From: Candidatus Limisoma faecipullorum
GTDB taxonomy: Bacteria > Bacteroidota > Bacteroidia > Bacteroidales > Muribaculaceae
Assembly: GCA_017694955.1 (NCBI GenBank)
Contig: JADIMC010000019.1
Coordinates: forward strand, 16,242-80,241
DNA: 64,000 nt
Direction of reading: 5' to 3'
The notes beneath the pieces are model-generated. The model ran no database searches. It had not been told where the DNA came from and saw only the letters and a program-made list of their open reading frames with translations. The translations under genes and the position numbers were made by a program. Below are positions 28,727 to 38,801 of the stretch, piece after piece (within the stretch, counting starts at the first letter, position 1; each line of letters opens with the position of its first letter).

Positions 28727-28734
28727 CAAATATA
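28727..28734 (-). promoter_or_regulatory. -7 promoter box TATATTTG for the two-gene operon
   Basis: The reverse complement of caaatata is 20 nt upstream of ATG 28706. Confidence 0.55.
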
Positions 28735-28824
28735 CAGCAATTCACTGACAACTTCAAAAAACGACAAAGAAAATGACACAGCAAATAAACATACAGGGTT
28801 AGGCATCAGTCCATATATTTTGCG

Positions 28825-28832
28825 TAATTTTG
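28825..28832 (+). promoter_or_regulatory. -7 promoter box TAATTTTG
   Basis: 28 nt upstream of ATG 28861. Confidence 0.5.
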
Positions 28833-28860
28833 TGTCCGATTTCCATAAGAACATAAAAAG

Positions 28861-30297
28861 ATGACAAGACATATTACGAAATTAGCGGCAATGCTGTTTG
28901 CCGTGTTGCTGCTTCCTCAGATACTGTTTGCAGGAAAAGTCAATGCAAAGGCGGCAGAAGATTTCGCGCAATCCAAAGCTATGCGCGGCGCAAAGGCCGG
29001 CGTTTGCGTAATCGATATGACAACCGGAGAAGTAGTGGCAAGCCTCAACGAGGACACCCCCCTCACCCCGGCATCAATCACAAAACTGATAACATCAGCT
29101 GCTGCAATAAAGGCATTGTCGCCCAACTACCGCTTCACCACAGAAGTCGTAATCGACGGATTAGTGGACCATGCCGGAGTGGTTGACGGCAACCTTATCA
29201 TCAACGCCGGACTTGACCCCACACTTGAATCACGTCATTTCCAGGAACACGAATCTTTCATCGTTGGCACAATTGAAGGATTGAAACGTCTCGGAATAAA
29301 GCGCATCAACGGCAAAGTGATAGTCAACGAAAGCGTCTGCCCCGAACAAGGAGTGCCTGCTGATTGGGAAGATGCCGATGTGACGGAAGACTACGGTGCA
29401 GGTGTGCACGCTTTGAACTATGCCGACAACCAATGCTCTGTGATATTCGACGTATCAGGCAAGAAAGCCATGATCATCGACACACTTCCACACCAAAGCA
29501 ACCTGAAAATACGCAACAACGTAAAAGTAACGACCGGACGTAAAAGCAATTGGACGCCATCAGCGACACGTAAAAAGAACAGTAACAACCTTATAGTATG
29601 GGGATACGTAAAACGGCAAGACGACCCCGTAGAATTGAAGACCACTATTCCCGATCCTGCCAACGCCCTGTGCTGCGACCTTACGGAAGCCATAGTTTGT
29701 GAAGGCATCCCGGTGATGAACCGAAATATTAAAAGCGGCAGCTACCGTCGCACCGTATATGAGCACCAGTCTCCTCTATTACAAGAGATTGCATCATCCC
29801 TGCTATTCCGCAGCGACAATATGTATGCCGAAGCCGTGCTAAGGGCGATAGCCTTGCATAACGGCACTTCCGCATCGCGCGAAATGGCATTGAGAAGCGA
29901 ACGGGCTATACTCGCCGACTGGGGAATCGACCTCAAAGGGCAAACAATCTACGACGGTTCAGGACTGGCGCGTACCAACCACTATTCGCCACACTTCCTC
30001 GCAACCATACTCACAGCAGCGGCCACCGACTCGCAAATCGGGCTATTATTTCCTACCCTCTTACCTGTATGCGGACAAGAAGGGACCGTCAAGAAACTGC
30101 TTAAAGATACTGCTCTGGATGGCAAAATCGCATTGAAATCGGGCAGTATGACACGGGTGCAATGCTATGCCGGCTACTATCCGGCAGGCAATCCGAAATA
30201 TGCCGTTGTAGTGATGGCGAATAATTTCAGCTGCAATTACGATGCTCTGAAAAAATCAATAGAGGACTTATTACTCGGACTTTTCACGCAAGAGTGA
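28861..30297 (+). CDS. dacB: D-alanyl-D-alanine carboxypeptidase/endopeptidase (PBP4, peptidase S13)
   Basis: SxxK motif PASITKL, a KSGSM (KTG-like) motif, and PBP4 length and layout. Confidence 0.88.
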   Translation: MTRHITKLAAMLFAVLLLPQILFAGKVNAKAAEDFAQSKAMRGAKAGVCVIDMTTGEVVASLNEDTPLTPASITKLITSAAAIKALSPNYRFTTEVVIDGLVDHAGVVDGNLIINAGLDPTLESRHFQEHESFIVGTIEGLKRLGIKRINGKVIVNESVCPEQGVPADWEDADVTEDYGAGVHALNYADNQCSVIFDVSGKKAMIIDTLPHQSNLKIRNNVKVTTGRKSNWTPSATRKKNSNNLIVWGYVKRQDDPVELKTTIPDPANALCCDLTEAIVCEGIPVMNRNIKSGSYRRTVYEHQSPLLQEIASSLLFRSDNMYAEAVLRAIALHNGTSASREMALRSERAILADWGIDLKGQTIYDGSGLARTNHYSPHFLATILTAAATDSQIGLLFPTLLPVCGQEGTVKKLLKDTALDGKIALKSGSMTRVQCYAGYYPAGNPKYAVVVMANNFSCNYDALKKSIEDLLLGLFTQE

Positions 30298-30322
30298 CAT
30301 ACGAAAAACACATCCACAATCA

Positions 30323-31264
30323 ATGAACGCTAAAATAAAAGGATACACACTTGGCGCGATTGCCGCCGCAACCTACGGTATGAATCCGCTATTTGCGCTT
30401 CCCCTCTACTCTGACGGTATGGATGCCGACTCAGTGCTGTTTTTCCGCTACCTGTTCGCAATTCCAATTCTTGGAATAATGATTAAGGCACGCGGACGCA
30501 GTTTCCGCCTCAACCGCAGGGAGATACTCCCGCTTGTAGCGCTGGGATTGCTTGTGGCAGCATCTTCACTCACATTGTTCCTCAGCTACAACTATATGGA
30601 CGCGGGAATAGCATCGACCATACTGTTTGTGTACCCTATAATGGTTGCCCTAATCATGGCTATGGTGTTCAAAGAAAAAATCACATTGCAGACAGCGTTC
30701 TGCATCCTGCTTGCCCTTGCTGGAATAGGTATGCTCTACCAAGGCGGTGACGGAGCTACATTGAGCCTCGCCGGCACATTGTTCGTCCTTGCGTCGGCTC
30801 TGACTTACGCAATCTATATCGTAGGGATAAACCAATCGTCGCTGAAAAACGTCGCAACTCTGAAAGTCACGTTCTACATACTGCTGTTCGGCGTGTCGCT
30901 GTTCCTCGTCCGTCTGGATTTCGGACAAGCAGTCACCCTGCCGCAGAAATGGTATATGTGGAGCAACCTCATCGCACTTGCCATATTCCCGACAGCAATA
31001 TCATTCCTATGCACCACAAGCGCCATACAATACATAGGCTCTACTCCTACCGCTATTCTCGGAGCGTTGGAACCAGTAACCGCTGTCATAATCGGCGTCA
31101 CAGTGTTCGGCGAAGCATTGACACCACGAATACTGTGCGGAATACTGATGATTATAGCCGCCGTAACACTGATAATAGCCGGCGGACGCATAACCGTCCA
31201 CCTCGTCCGCTTCCGCAAAATGTTCCCGCGGCTGCCCCTTAAACACCACCACAAAAAGGAATAA
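30323..31264 (+). CDS. EamA/DMT-family transporter
   Basis: 10 TM helices in two EamA-like halves. Confidence 0.8.
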   Translation: MNAKIKGYTLGAIAAATYGMNPLFALPLYSDGMDADSVLFFRYLFAIPILGIMIKARGRSFRLNRREILPLVALGLLVAASSLTLFLSYNYMDAGIASTILFVYPIMVALIMAMVFKEKITLQTAFCILLALAGIGMLYQGGDGATLSLAGTLFVLASALTYAIYIVGINQSSLKNVATLKVTFYILLFGVSLFLVRLDFGQAVTLPQKWYMWSNLIALAIFPTAISFLCTTSAIQYIGSTPTAILGALEPVTAVIIGVTVFGEALTPRILCGILMIIAAVTLIIAGGRITVHLVRFRKMFPRLPLKHHHKKE

Positions 31265-31419
31265 AAACAAAAAAGATTACTTATCTCCCGACAAATAACC
31301 TTTCTACCTTAAAATTTAATACCATGAAAAACTTGATGCAAATATAGCACATATATGTTTTACAACATAGTTTTACAGCAGAAAATCCATCTTTATAACA
31401 TTATTTAACCATCCTGTGC

Positions 31420-31578
31420 CTAATGTGAGGAATGAGGCACCACGTGGGAAGGAATCTCCACCGAATGCGAATGCCCTTCTCCCGTACCGAATATAGAATC
31501 AAGAATCAATGGAAAGACAAACAAGATGAAAAGCATAAGGGCTACACTATAAATAAATCTTTTAACATCAATCTTCAT
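31420..31578 (-). CDS. Possible 52-aa membrane peptide with His-rich tail (below ORF-track cutoff)
   Basis: My translation is MKIDVKRFIYSVALMLFILFVFPLILDSIFGTGEGHSHSVEIPSHVVPHSSH*. The ATG is 21 nt downstream of the radC stop, on the same strand. Confidence 0.3.
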   Translation of the reverse strand: MKIDVKRFIYSVALMLFILFVFPLILDSIFGTGEGHSHSVEIPSHVVPHSSH

Positions 31579-31599
31579 ACGGCATATATATTATTCTAA

Positions 31600-32304
31600 T
31601 CACAACCTGCCCTCCGCAGTATAGCTGTAATATCCTTTTTCTCCAATTATTATGTGGTCAACCACATCAATGTCAACAAGTTTTGCGGCATTCTTCACAC
31701 GTACGGTCAGCTCATCATCATTACGGCTCGGAACAATGTTGCCCGATGGATGATTATGCACCAGAATCATAGCCGTAGCAAGATTCTCAATCCCGTATTT
31801 TATAAGTATCTTCACATCGACAACCGTGGCAGCTATCCCTCCTGAGCTTATACGCTGCCTGTCGATTACACGCTTGGCATTATTCAGATAAATTGCCCAG
31901 AATTCCTCGTGAGGCAATCCCTCCATCTGATAATGCATCAAATCATAGGCCGCCCCCGGGTCACGTATCACAGGCATTGTGTCGCGATCCTCCTCACGGT
32001 ATCGTTTCCCCAATTCTATGGCAGCAAGCAACGTAATCGCCTTTGCCTCACCAACTCCCTTAAACGACTTCATCAGATTACGCACCGAGCGTTTGGCTAT
32101 GTTCGACAACCTGTTACCGGAATCATTGAGAATACGCTGCGACAAATCGATTACCGATTCTCCACGCGAACCGCTTCCAAGCAATATGGCAAGAAGCTCG
32201 GCTGTAGTCAGTGCCTGCATTCCGTGTGCCAACGCTTTTTCACGAGGACGGTCCTCCTTCATCAGGTCAACAATGCGCCGTGTGTATTCATCCTTCCGTT
32301 CCAT
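31600..32304 (-). CDS. radC: RadC-family JAB-domain protein
   Basis: N-terminal HhH region (LTTAELLAILLGSG) and the JAMM motif HNHPSG. Confidence 0.9.
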   Translation of the reverse strand: MERKDEYTRRIVDLMKEDRPREKALAHGMQALTTAELLAILLGSGSRGESVIDLSQRILNDSGNRLSNIAKRSVRNLMKSFKGVGEAKAITLLAAIELGKRYREEDRDTMPVIRDPGAAYDLMHYQMEGLPHEEFWAIYLNNAKRVIDRQRISSGGIAATVVDVKILIKYGIENLATAMILVHNHPSGNIVPSRNDDELTVRVKNAAKLVDIDVVDHIIIGEKGYYSYTAEGRL

Positions 32305-32306
32305 AA

Positions 32307-33305
32307 CTACTTGCCTTTTCTCAATTTCACTTCTTCATCCACATTACGACCGTGACGCAGCAATACTTTCCAAACGTAAGCTTTAATGAATCCTAAGCCA
32401 TAAGCGCCAAGCTGCACAACGCTCGTCACTATGGAAAGCAGCGATATTTTCAGGCTTTTCGTAGAGAACAAAGCACAGACAAACACCGCCAGTAGATATG
32501 CAGCCAACGGCATAATCCACCACCACGACCACAACAGCGAAAGCAAAGCCATCGTCACGACCCCAATGACGAACACAGCCGGAAGCATATGCACCAATTT
32601 CAAGGAATCTGGATAAAGCATATAGAGAGTGATGCGCGACATTCCGAAAACATACGTCTGGCGACAGAACGACTTCAAATTGTTGCGCCGCTTGTGATAT
32701 ACGTATGCATCACGTATCAACGATATGGAAAAACCGGCCTGACGAATACGCGTGCTCATATCTATGTCCTCTGAGAACATCTCACGGAATCCTCCGACCT
32801 TTTCCCAAACCTTACGGGAAAATCCCATATTGAACGTGCGTGGGACAAACTTCTCAAGCTGCACCTTGCCTCCACGTATTCCACCGGTAGTGAGGAACGA
32901 GGTCATCGAATAATTGATGGCTTTCTGCATATCGGTAAACGAGTTGTGAGCGGCGTCAGGTCCTCCGAAGCAATCGGTATAGCCGCTCCTCAAAGCGTCG
33001 CGCAAAGTTGCCACATACCGCTCCGGTATGACACAATCGGAATCGAAGAACAGGAAATATTCGCCCGAAGCGCGCTCCATCCCATAATTCCGAGCAATGC
33101 TACGCCCCTCGTTTTCCTTATAAAAATATTTTACGTCAACTTTGTCCTCAAACTTGGCAACAACGGCTTCACAACGCTCCGACGAGCCGTCCTCAACGAG
33201 AATAACCTCAAAATCTTTGCTTGTCTGCTGCGAAAGGCTACCAAGCAAATCGTCAACTTCATCAACACGGTTATATACCGGCACTATTATCGAAAAATAC
33301 GGCAT
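32307..33305 (-). CDS. Glycosyltransferase family 2
   Basis: FSIIVPVYNR, VEDGSSE and FFDSDC (DxD) motifs, with C-terminal TM helices. ATG 33305. Confidence 0.85.
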   Translation of the reverse strand: MPYFSIIVPVYNRVDEVDDLLGSLSQQTSKDFEVILVEDGSSERCEAVVAKFEDKVDVKYFYKENEGRSIARNYGMERASGEYFLFFDSDCVIPERYVATLRDALRSGYTDCFGGPDAAHNSFTDMQKAINYSMTSFLTTGGIRGGKVQLEKFVPRTFNMGFSRKVWEKVGGFREMFSEDIDMSTRIRQAGFSISLIRDAYVYHKRRNNLKSFCRQTYVFGMSRITLYMLYPDSLKLVHMLPAVFVIGVVTMALLSLLWSWWWIMPLAAYLLAVFVCALFSTKSLKISLLSIVTSVVQLGAYGLGFIKAYVWKVLLRHGRNVDEEVKLRKGK

Positions 33306-33353
33306 CGCTTTATCTATTATGAAAACCAATATACCAAATTATCTAATACAAAT

Positions 33354-33920
33354 TCATTCCAGCAGAGAGCGGACCACAACAGGGAGATAGCGGTGCTCAA
33401 GAGCGTGGATACGGGAAACAAGAGTTTCGGGCGTATCATCAGGCAGCACTTCGCACTTGAACTGCGCAACAATCTCGCCGCCGTCGATTTCCGGCGACAC
33501 ATAATGAACCGTAATCCCGCTTTCCTTCTCACCAGCTTCAATCACAGCACGGTGCACATTCATTCCCCACATCCCTTTTCCACCGAATTTAGGCAATAAC
33601 GACGGGTGCAGATTGATTATGCGGCGGTCGAAAGCCTGCACGATGCAATCGGCAACAAAACTCGTGAAACCGGCAAGCACAATCAAATCGATACCACGGT
33701 CCTGGAGCAACTCTACAATTTCCTTACAATCGCCACGCCACACCTCTTTCGGGAAATAGAACACCGGCACGCCATAGCGGTGCATCTTCTCCACGACAGG
33801 AGCATTCTCCCGGTCACAAAAAAGCGAATCCACACAAATTTGCAGGTCATCGGCAAAAGCACGTGCGAGATTTTCGGCATTACTACCAGTTCCAGAGGCG
33901 AATATTGCTATCTTTTTCAT
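33354..33920 (-). CDS. purN: Phosphoribosylglycinamide formyltransferase
   Basis: IAIFASGTGSNA, INLHPSLLPKFGG, and about 188 aa. Confidence 0.9.
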   Translation of the reverse strand: MKKIAIFASGTGSNAENLARAFADDLQICVDSLFCDRENAPVVEKMHRYGVPVFYFPKEVWRGDCKEIVELLQDRGIDLIVLAGFTSFVADCIVQAFDRRIINLHPSLLPKFGGKGMWGMNVHRAVIEAGEKESGITVHYVSPEIDGGEIVAQFKCEVLPDDTPETLVSRIHALEHRYLPVVVRSLLE

Positions 33921-33925
33921 CTCAA

Positions 33926-35755
33926 TCAGAATTTTTGCATATCAACAAGGCGCTTGTAATAACGGTTGAGAGCTATCAATTCGTCGTGTGTGCCGCTCTC
34001 CACGATTTTCCCCTCGTGCATCACACATATCATATCGGCGTTTCTGATAGTTGAAAGGCGATGGGCTATCACAAGCGTCGTACGGTTCTTCATCAACCGG
34101 TCAAGAGCCTCCTGCACGAGACGCTCGCTTTCTGTATCCAAAGCGGAAGTTGCCTCGTCAAGAATCAGCAACGGCGGATTTTTCAGGATAGCCCGCGCGA
34201 TGCTGATGCGCTGGCGCTGTCCGCCCGACAACTTGCAGCCCCGGTCTCCGATATTCGTGTCATAGCCGTCCTCAGAAGCCATTATGAAATCGTGAGCATT
34301 TGCAATCTTGGCCGCCTCCACCACCTGCTCCATAGTGGCATTCTCCACACCGAAAGTTATGTTGTTGAAAAAAGTGTCATTGAAAAGAATAGCCTCCTGA
34401 TTCACATTGCCCATCAACGCACGCAAATCCTTCACACGAATCTGACGGATGTCAATGCCATCGATGGAAATCGAGCCCTCGTCAACATCGTAGAAACGCG
34501 GCAACAAATCGGCAAGCGTGGATTTTCCAGATCCCGACTGCCCCACGAGCGCGACAGTCTTGCCGAAAGGTATTTCAAGCGTAACATCATCGACAACCCA
34601 GTCTGTATTATAACGGAAACGCACATGGTCGTAACGGATGCATCCCTCACGTGTCGATACCGTCTTGGGATTCACAGGATCCTTTATCGGATTATCAGCG
34701 CTCAGAATCTTATCCACACGCTCCATTGAAGCAAGCCCTTTCTGAACGGCATATACCGCTTTCGACAAGTCCTTTGCCGGATTGATGATGCTATAGAAAA
34801 TCACCATATAATAGATGAACGTCGGAGCATCGATTATGTTGTTGCCAGAAAGTATAAGCGTACCTCCAAACCACAGGACAATCGCTATTGTAAGCGTTCC
34901 AAGAAACTCACTCATAGGATGCGCAAGCGACTGACGCCGGTTTATGCGGTTAGACGTGCCGAAAAACCGCTGGTTCTCGTCGTGAAAACGCTTCTTCATC
35001 TTATGCTCTGCATTAAAAGCCTTGACGATACGCAATCCTCCAAGAGTTTCCTCAATCGTTGACATCAAAGCCCCCCATTGCTGCTGTCCTTCGAGAGAAG
35101 TGCGCTTCAGACGCTTTCCCACACGCCCCATCACCATACCTGCCAATGGAAGAAGAATAAGCACAAAAATCGTAAGCTCCCAACTTATCGCTATCATCAT
35201 GGCAAGACACACGACTATCATAATCGGGTTCTTGAACATCATATCCAGCGACGCCATAATCGAATTCTCTATCTCCGCCACATCGCCCGACATACGTGCC
35301 ATCACATCTCCTTTGCGCTCGCTTGTGAAAAAGCCTATCGGAAGGCTTACAATCTTGTCGTACACAAAATTACGGATATCGCGGACAATCCCTGAACGTA
35401 TCGGGATAAGGAAATATGAGCTCATATAAGTTGCGCCTGTTTTCAAAAAAGTCATGAATACAAGCGCCACACAAAGCAACATCAGCGTGAGCGAGGCGCC
35501 AAGATGCGTCTTACAATAATATGCCGAATAATAGAAATTATTGATTGCCACATCCTTGAGCGACGCACTCCCCCATTCCATATACTCATAAGCCACACCC
35601 TTGTCGCCCATAAACAGCATTTCAAGAATAGGGATGATAAGCGCAAACGAAAACAGCGTCAACACCGCCGCCAATATGTTGAAAATTATATTGAGCGCAA
35701 GATATTTCTTATAAGGGGGTACAAACCTGCGCAATATTTCAATGAATTCTCTCAT
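33926..35755 (-). CDS. ABC transporter permease/ATPase (MsbA-like exporter)
   Basis: Six-TM domain plus an NBD with GQSGSGKST (Walker A), LSGGQRQR (signature) and LILDEATSALD (Walker B). Confidence 0.9.
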   Translation of the reverse strand: MREFIEILRRFVPPYKKYLALNIIFNILAAVLTLFSFALIIPILEMLFMGDKGVAYEYMEWGSASLKDVAINNFYYSAYYCKTHLGASLTLMLLCVALVFMTFLKTGATYMSSYFLIPIRSGIVRDIRNFVYDKIVSLPIGFFTSERKGDVMARMSGDVAEIENSIMASLDMMFKNPIMIVVCLAMMIAISWELTIFVLILLPLAGMVMGRVGKRLKRTSLEGQQQWGALMSTIEETLGGLRIVKAFNAEHKMKKRFHDENQRFFGTSNRINRRQSLAHPMSEFLGTLTIAIVLWFGGTLILSGNNIIDAPTFIYYMVIFYSIINPAKDLSKAVYAVQKGLASMERVDKILSADNPIKDPVNPKTVSTREGCIRYDHVRFRYNTDWVVDDVTLEIPFGKTVALVGQSGSGKSTLADLLPRFYDVDEGSISIDGIDIRQIRVKDLRALMGNVNQEAILFNDTFFNNITFGVENATMEQVVEAAKIANAHDFIMASEDGYDTNIGDRGCKLSGGQRQRISIARAILKNPPLLILDEATSALDTESERLVQEALDRLMKNRTTLVIAHRLSTIRNADMICVMHEGKIVESGTHDELIALNRYYKRLVDMQKF

Positions 35756-35780
35756 CGATTAAATAATATTAAAACATTTG

Positions 35781-35788
35781 CAAATATA
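35781..35788 (-). promoter_or_regulatory. -7 promoter box TATATTTG
   Basis: 25 nt upstream of ATG 35755. Confidence 0.55.
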
Positions 35789-35842
35789 AGTACATTTAGT
35801 CGTTTTGTCCATTATACAAGAAAATTTCCGGGCATTTTTAAT

Positions 35843-35850
35843 TACTTTTG
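35843..35850 (+). promoter_or_regulatory. -7 promoter box TACTTTTG
   Basis: 11 nt upstream of ATG 35862. Confidence 0.5.
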
Positions 35851-35861
35851 ACACCACAAAA

Positions 35862-38768
35862 ATGACACATATAGCTGTAATGCGAACAATTATATTCAAT
35901 ATTGCCGTACTAATATCCACCGCAAGCTGTTTCGCCGGCAACATAAAAGGAACAGTTGCAGACGCCACTGACAAATCACCGCTCGCCAACGCCACAGTAA
36001 GAGTACTGCAGCAACGCGACAGCGCTTACGTGACAGGAGGAATGACCGATGCACAAGGATTGTTCACAATCAACGTCAAAAACGGCAGCTACATCATCGA
36101 GACATCCTATCTTGGCTACCATACTACGACAAAAAACGTGACTGCAGGACGGCATACCGTCTCGACCGACACGATTGCCATGCGTCCAAACTCCATAGTC
36201 TTGGATGAAGCGGAAGTCGTAGGTGTGAAAACCGATGTAAAAGTGATGCAGGATACCGTAGAATATAATGCCGGCTCGTTCAAGACACAACCGAATGCCG
36301 TAGTGGAAGACCTGCTGAAACGGTTGCCGGGCGTCGAAGTGGACAGCGAAGGCAAAATCACGGCACAAGGCAAAGAAGTATCGAAGATTCTTGTTGACGG
36401 CAAGGAATTTTTTTCCGACGACGCAAAAGTGGCGTCGAAAAACATACCTGTTGACATAGTTGACAAACTACAAGTAATCGACCGTAAAAGCGACCTCGCA
36501 CGGCTTACAGGCGTTGACGACGGAGAGGAGGAGACAGTAATCAACCTGACCGTAAAAAAAGGCATGAAACAGGGATGGTTCGGAAATGTAACGGCAGGCT
36601 ACGGCACCGATGACCGCCATGCCGGCAATTTCATGGTGAACCGCTTTGTAAACGACAACCAATTCAGCATCCTCGGCAACATAAACAACACTAACGATCC
36701 GGCTTTCACAAGTCCAGGAATGGGAAGATTCTCACGTTTCGGCGGAAGCAACGGAATAAATTCCACACAAAGCATCGGACTGAATTTCAATGTAGGCAAC
36801 GAAGAAATATTCCGTGTAGGCGGCGATGTAATGTACTCGCATTCCAATCAAAAGACCGACACGAAATTCAACAAGCAATATCTCTTCACAGACTCAACCT
36901 CATACGAGGACTCCGAAAGCAGCTCGCGCGACCGCAACCACAGCGTGAACGGTCATTTCAGGATGAAATGGGAAGCAGACTCGTCTAACACCATCGACTT
37001 CCGCCCGAATTTCACCATAAGCTTCAACGATTCGGGAAAAACCGACTTTTCAACTTTACGCGCAGGCGACAAAAACCAGACATTAGTCAACCGAAGCGAC
37101 AATAGAGCTGAAGGCAACGGCACAAGCTACGACCTTTCAGGAGAATTGGTCTATAACCATAAGTTCAAACGGCGCATAGGACGCTCGTTCAGCACACAAG
37201 TCTCATACAAATACAGCAACACGCAAGAAGACGAGACTTCGTATGCCATCAACGAGTTTTTCCTCGTCCCCGACAAAAACGAGACACGCGACCTCTCGAC
37301 CGACAACCGGCAATGGACAAGCCGAATAGGAGCACGGCTGACATGGACAGAGCCGCTGGGCGACATCAAGAAAGCGCGGTTCCTGACTTTTGCCTACCGT
37401 ATGAACTACTATTTCAACAACGCCGACAAATTGGTCTATGACATGTCGGGCAACTTCGACACGGAAAAAGCTGTAGATATGCTCGCCAGAAACGGTATAG
37501 TAACAAACCCTGTGGCAGCAATGGCGATTGCCGGTGAATCCGGTGTGCTTGACGAGGATTTAAGCAACCGCTTCCGCAACGACCAATTCACACAAGAATT
37601 TCGTGTAGGATTCCAACAAAACCGTGAAAAATACCGCTTGAATGGAGGTTTTGCAGTGACACCGACTATGATGCGCAGTGAAGACCTGATTAACAGCGAC
37701 CGTAACATCCCTACAAACTGGGTATGGAACTATGCGCCGTTTATGCGATTCCGCTATGCATTCTCAAAAATGGAAAGCCTCGCGCTCGACTACCGCGGCT
37801 CGTCACAATCGCCGTCCCTTAAGCAACTTCAGCCAGTTGCCGATGAAACAGACCCGCTCCGCATCATAGTTGGAAATCCGGACTTAGTACCATCGTTCCG
37901 CCACCGCATATCGCTGCGATACAACAATTTCAACCAGGAATCGCAACGCAGCATAATGGCAATGGTAAGCACTAACATCACGACAAACAGCATCATATCC
38001 AAAACCCTATTCGACAAAGAGACCGGAGGACAGACAACCACCTACGACAATGTGAACGGCGTATGGTCGGCAAACGCAATGATGATGTACACATCACCGC
38101 TGCGCAACAAGAACTGGCGCATTGCCAACAATCTTTTCGCCAATTTCTCGCGCACCGTGGGATTCAACAACAACATTATCAACCGCAGTAGCAACGTGAT
38201 GATAAGCGAGACACCGAGCGTGGCATTCCGCACCGATGCCGCCGACTTCGAGCTGCGCCCGTACTACAATCTCCAAATAACGCGCAACTCCAACCAGACC
38301 GGCAGCAACCGCAACGTGCACTCCTACGGCGCGACGTTCAACGGCACGTATTATTTTCCGTTCGGGCTGGTGCTGAACACCGATCTGACCTACGGCAACA
38401 CAAGCGGATATTCACAAGGCTACGACAGCGAACAATGGCTATGGAACGCATCAATATCATATCAATTCCTCAAAAGCAAACAGGCAACCATAGGCCTGCG
38501 CGCCTACGACCTGCTGCACCAGAAACAGAACATATCGAGGAGCGTGACCGCCAACTACATACAAGACAGCGAATACAACACCGTCACCCGCTACTTCATG
38601 CTGACATTCTCCTACCGCTTCACTGCATTCGGCAAAGGCACTACAGAAAATGACACCAACTACGACGGATTCGGTCCGCGCCGCAACCGTCCGCCTCACC
38701 GCTCCGGCAATCGTCCCCAATGCCACCACATCAATAATGACTTAAACCAAACAGCATCGCCGTTTTGA
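35862..38768 (+). CDS. Outer-membrane beta-barrel / TonB-dependent-receptor-like protein with carboxypeptidase-regulatory-like N-domain
   Basis: GNIKGTVADATDKSPLANATVRV (CarbopepD_reg-like), a plug-like segment (LLKRLPGVEVD), and a long barrel. Confidence 0.85.
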   Translation: MTHIAVMRTIIFNIAVLISTASCFAGNIKGTVADATDKSPLANATVRVLQQRDSAYVTGGMTDAQGLFTINVKNGSYIIETSYLGYHTTTKNVTAGRHTVSTDTIAMRPNSIVLDEAEVVGVKTDVKVMQDTVEYNAGSFKTQPNAVVEDLLKRLPGVEVDSEGKITAQGKEVSKILVDGKEFFSDDAKVASKNIPVDIVDKLQVIDRKSDLARLTGVDDGEEETVINLTVKKGMKQGWFGNVTAGYGTDDRHAGNFMVNRFVNDNQFSILGNINNTNDPAFTSPGMGRFSRFGGSNGINSTQSIGLNFNVGNEEIFRVGGDVMYSHSNQKTDTKFNKQYLFTDSTSYEDSESSSRDRNHSVNGHFRMKWEADSSNTIDFRPNFTISFNDSGKTDFSTLRAGDKNQTLVNRSDNRAEGNGTSYDLSGELVYNHKFKRRIGRSFSTQVSYKYSNTQEDETSYAINEFFLVPDKNETRDLSTDNRQWTSRIGARLTWTEPLGDIKKARFLTFAYRMNYYFNNADKLVYDMSGNFDTEKAVDMLARNGIVTNPVAAMAIAGESGVLDEDLSNRFRNDQFTQEFRVGFQQNREKYRLNGGFAVTPTMMRSEDLINSDRNIPTNWVWNYAPFMRFRYAFSKMESLALDYRGSSQSPSLKQLQPVADETDPLRIIVGNPDLVPSFRHRISLRYNNFNQESQRSIMAMVSTNITTNSIISKTLFDKETGGQTTTYDNVNGVWSANAMMMYTSPLRNKNWRIANNLFANFSRTVGFNNNIINRSSNVMISETPSVAFRTDAADFELRPYYNLQITRNSNQTGSNRNVHSYGATFNGTYYFPFGLVLNTDLTYGNTSGYSQGYDSEQWLWNASISYQFLKSKQATIGLRAYDLLHQKQNISRSVTANYIQDSEYNTVTRYFMLTFSYRFTAFGKGTTENDTNYDGFGPRRNRPPHRSGNRPQCHHINNDLNQTASPF

Positions 38769-38779
38769 CGGCGATGCTG
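38752..38779. terminator. Bidirectional hairpin terminator between convergent genes
   Basis: cagcatcgccg pairs with cggcgatgctg (11-bp stem, loop ttttga). It overlaps the stop codon at 38766-38768. Confidence 0.7.
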
Positions 38780-38801
38780 CCAATATTTCACAGATTAAAT
38801 A

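Noticed and set aside
31339-31346. Perfect minus-strand TATATTTG box in the eamA-radC intergenic region, with a T-run about 65 nt downstream. Considered as a possible small antisense RNA or a 14-aa ORF (MVLNFKVERLFVGR*).
   Set aside because: No convincing hairpin terminator or conserved-looking structure is present. Nothing but the 3' end of eamA lies downstream. It could be a fossil or chance promoter. RNA-seq would be needed to revive this idea.
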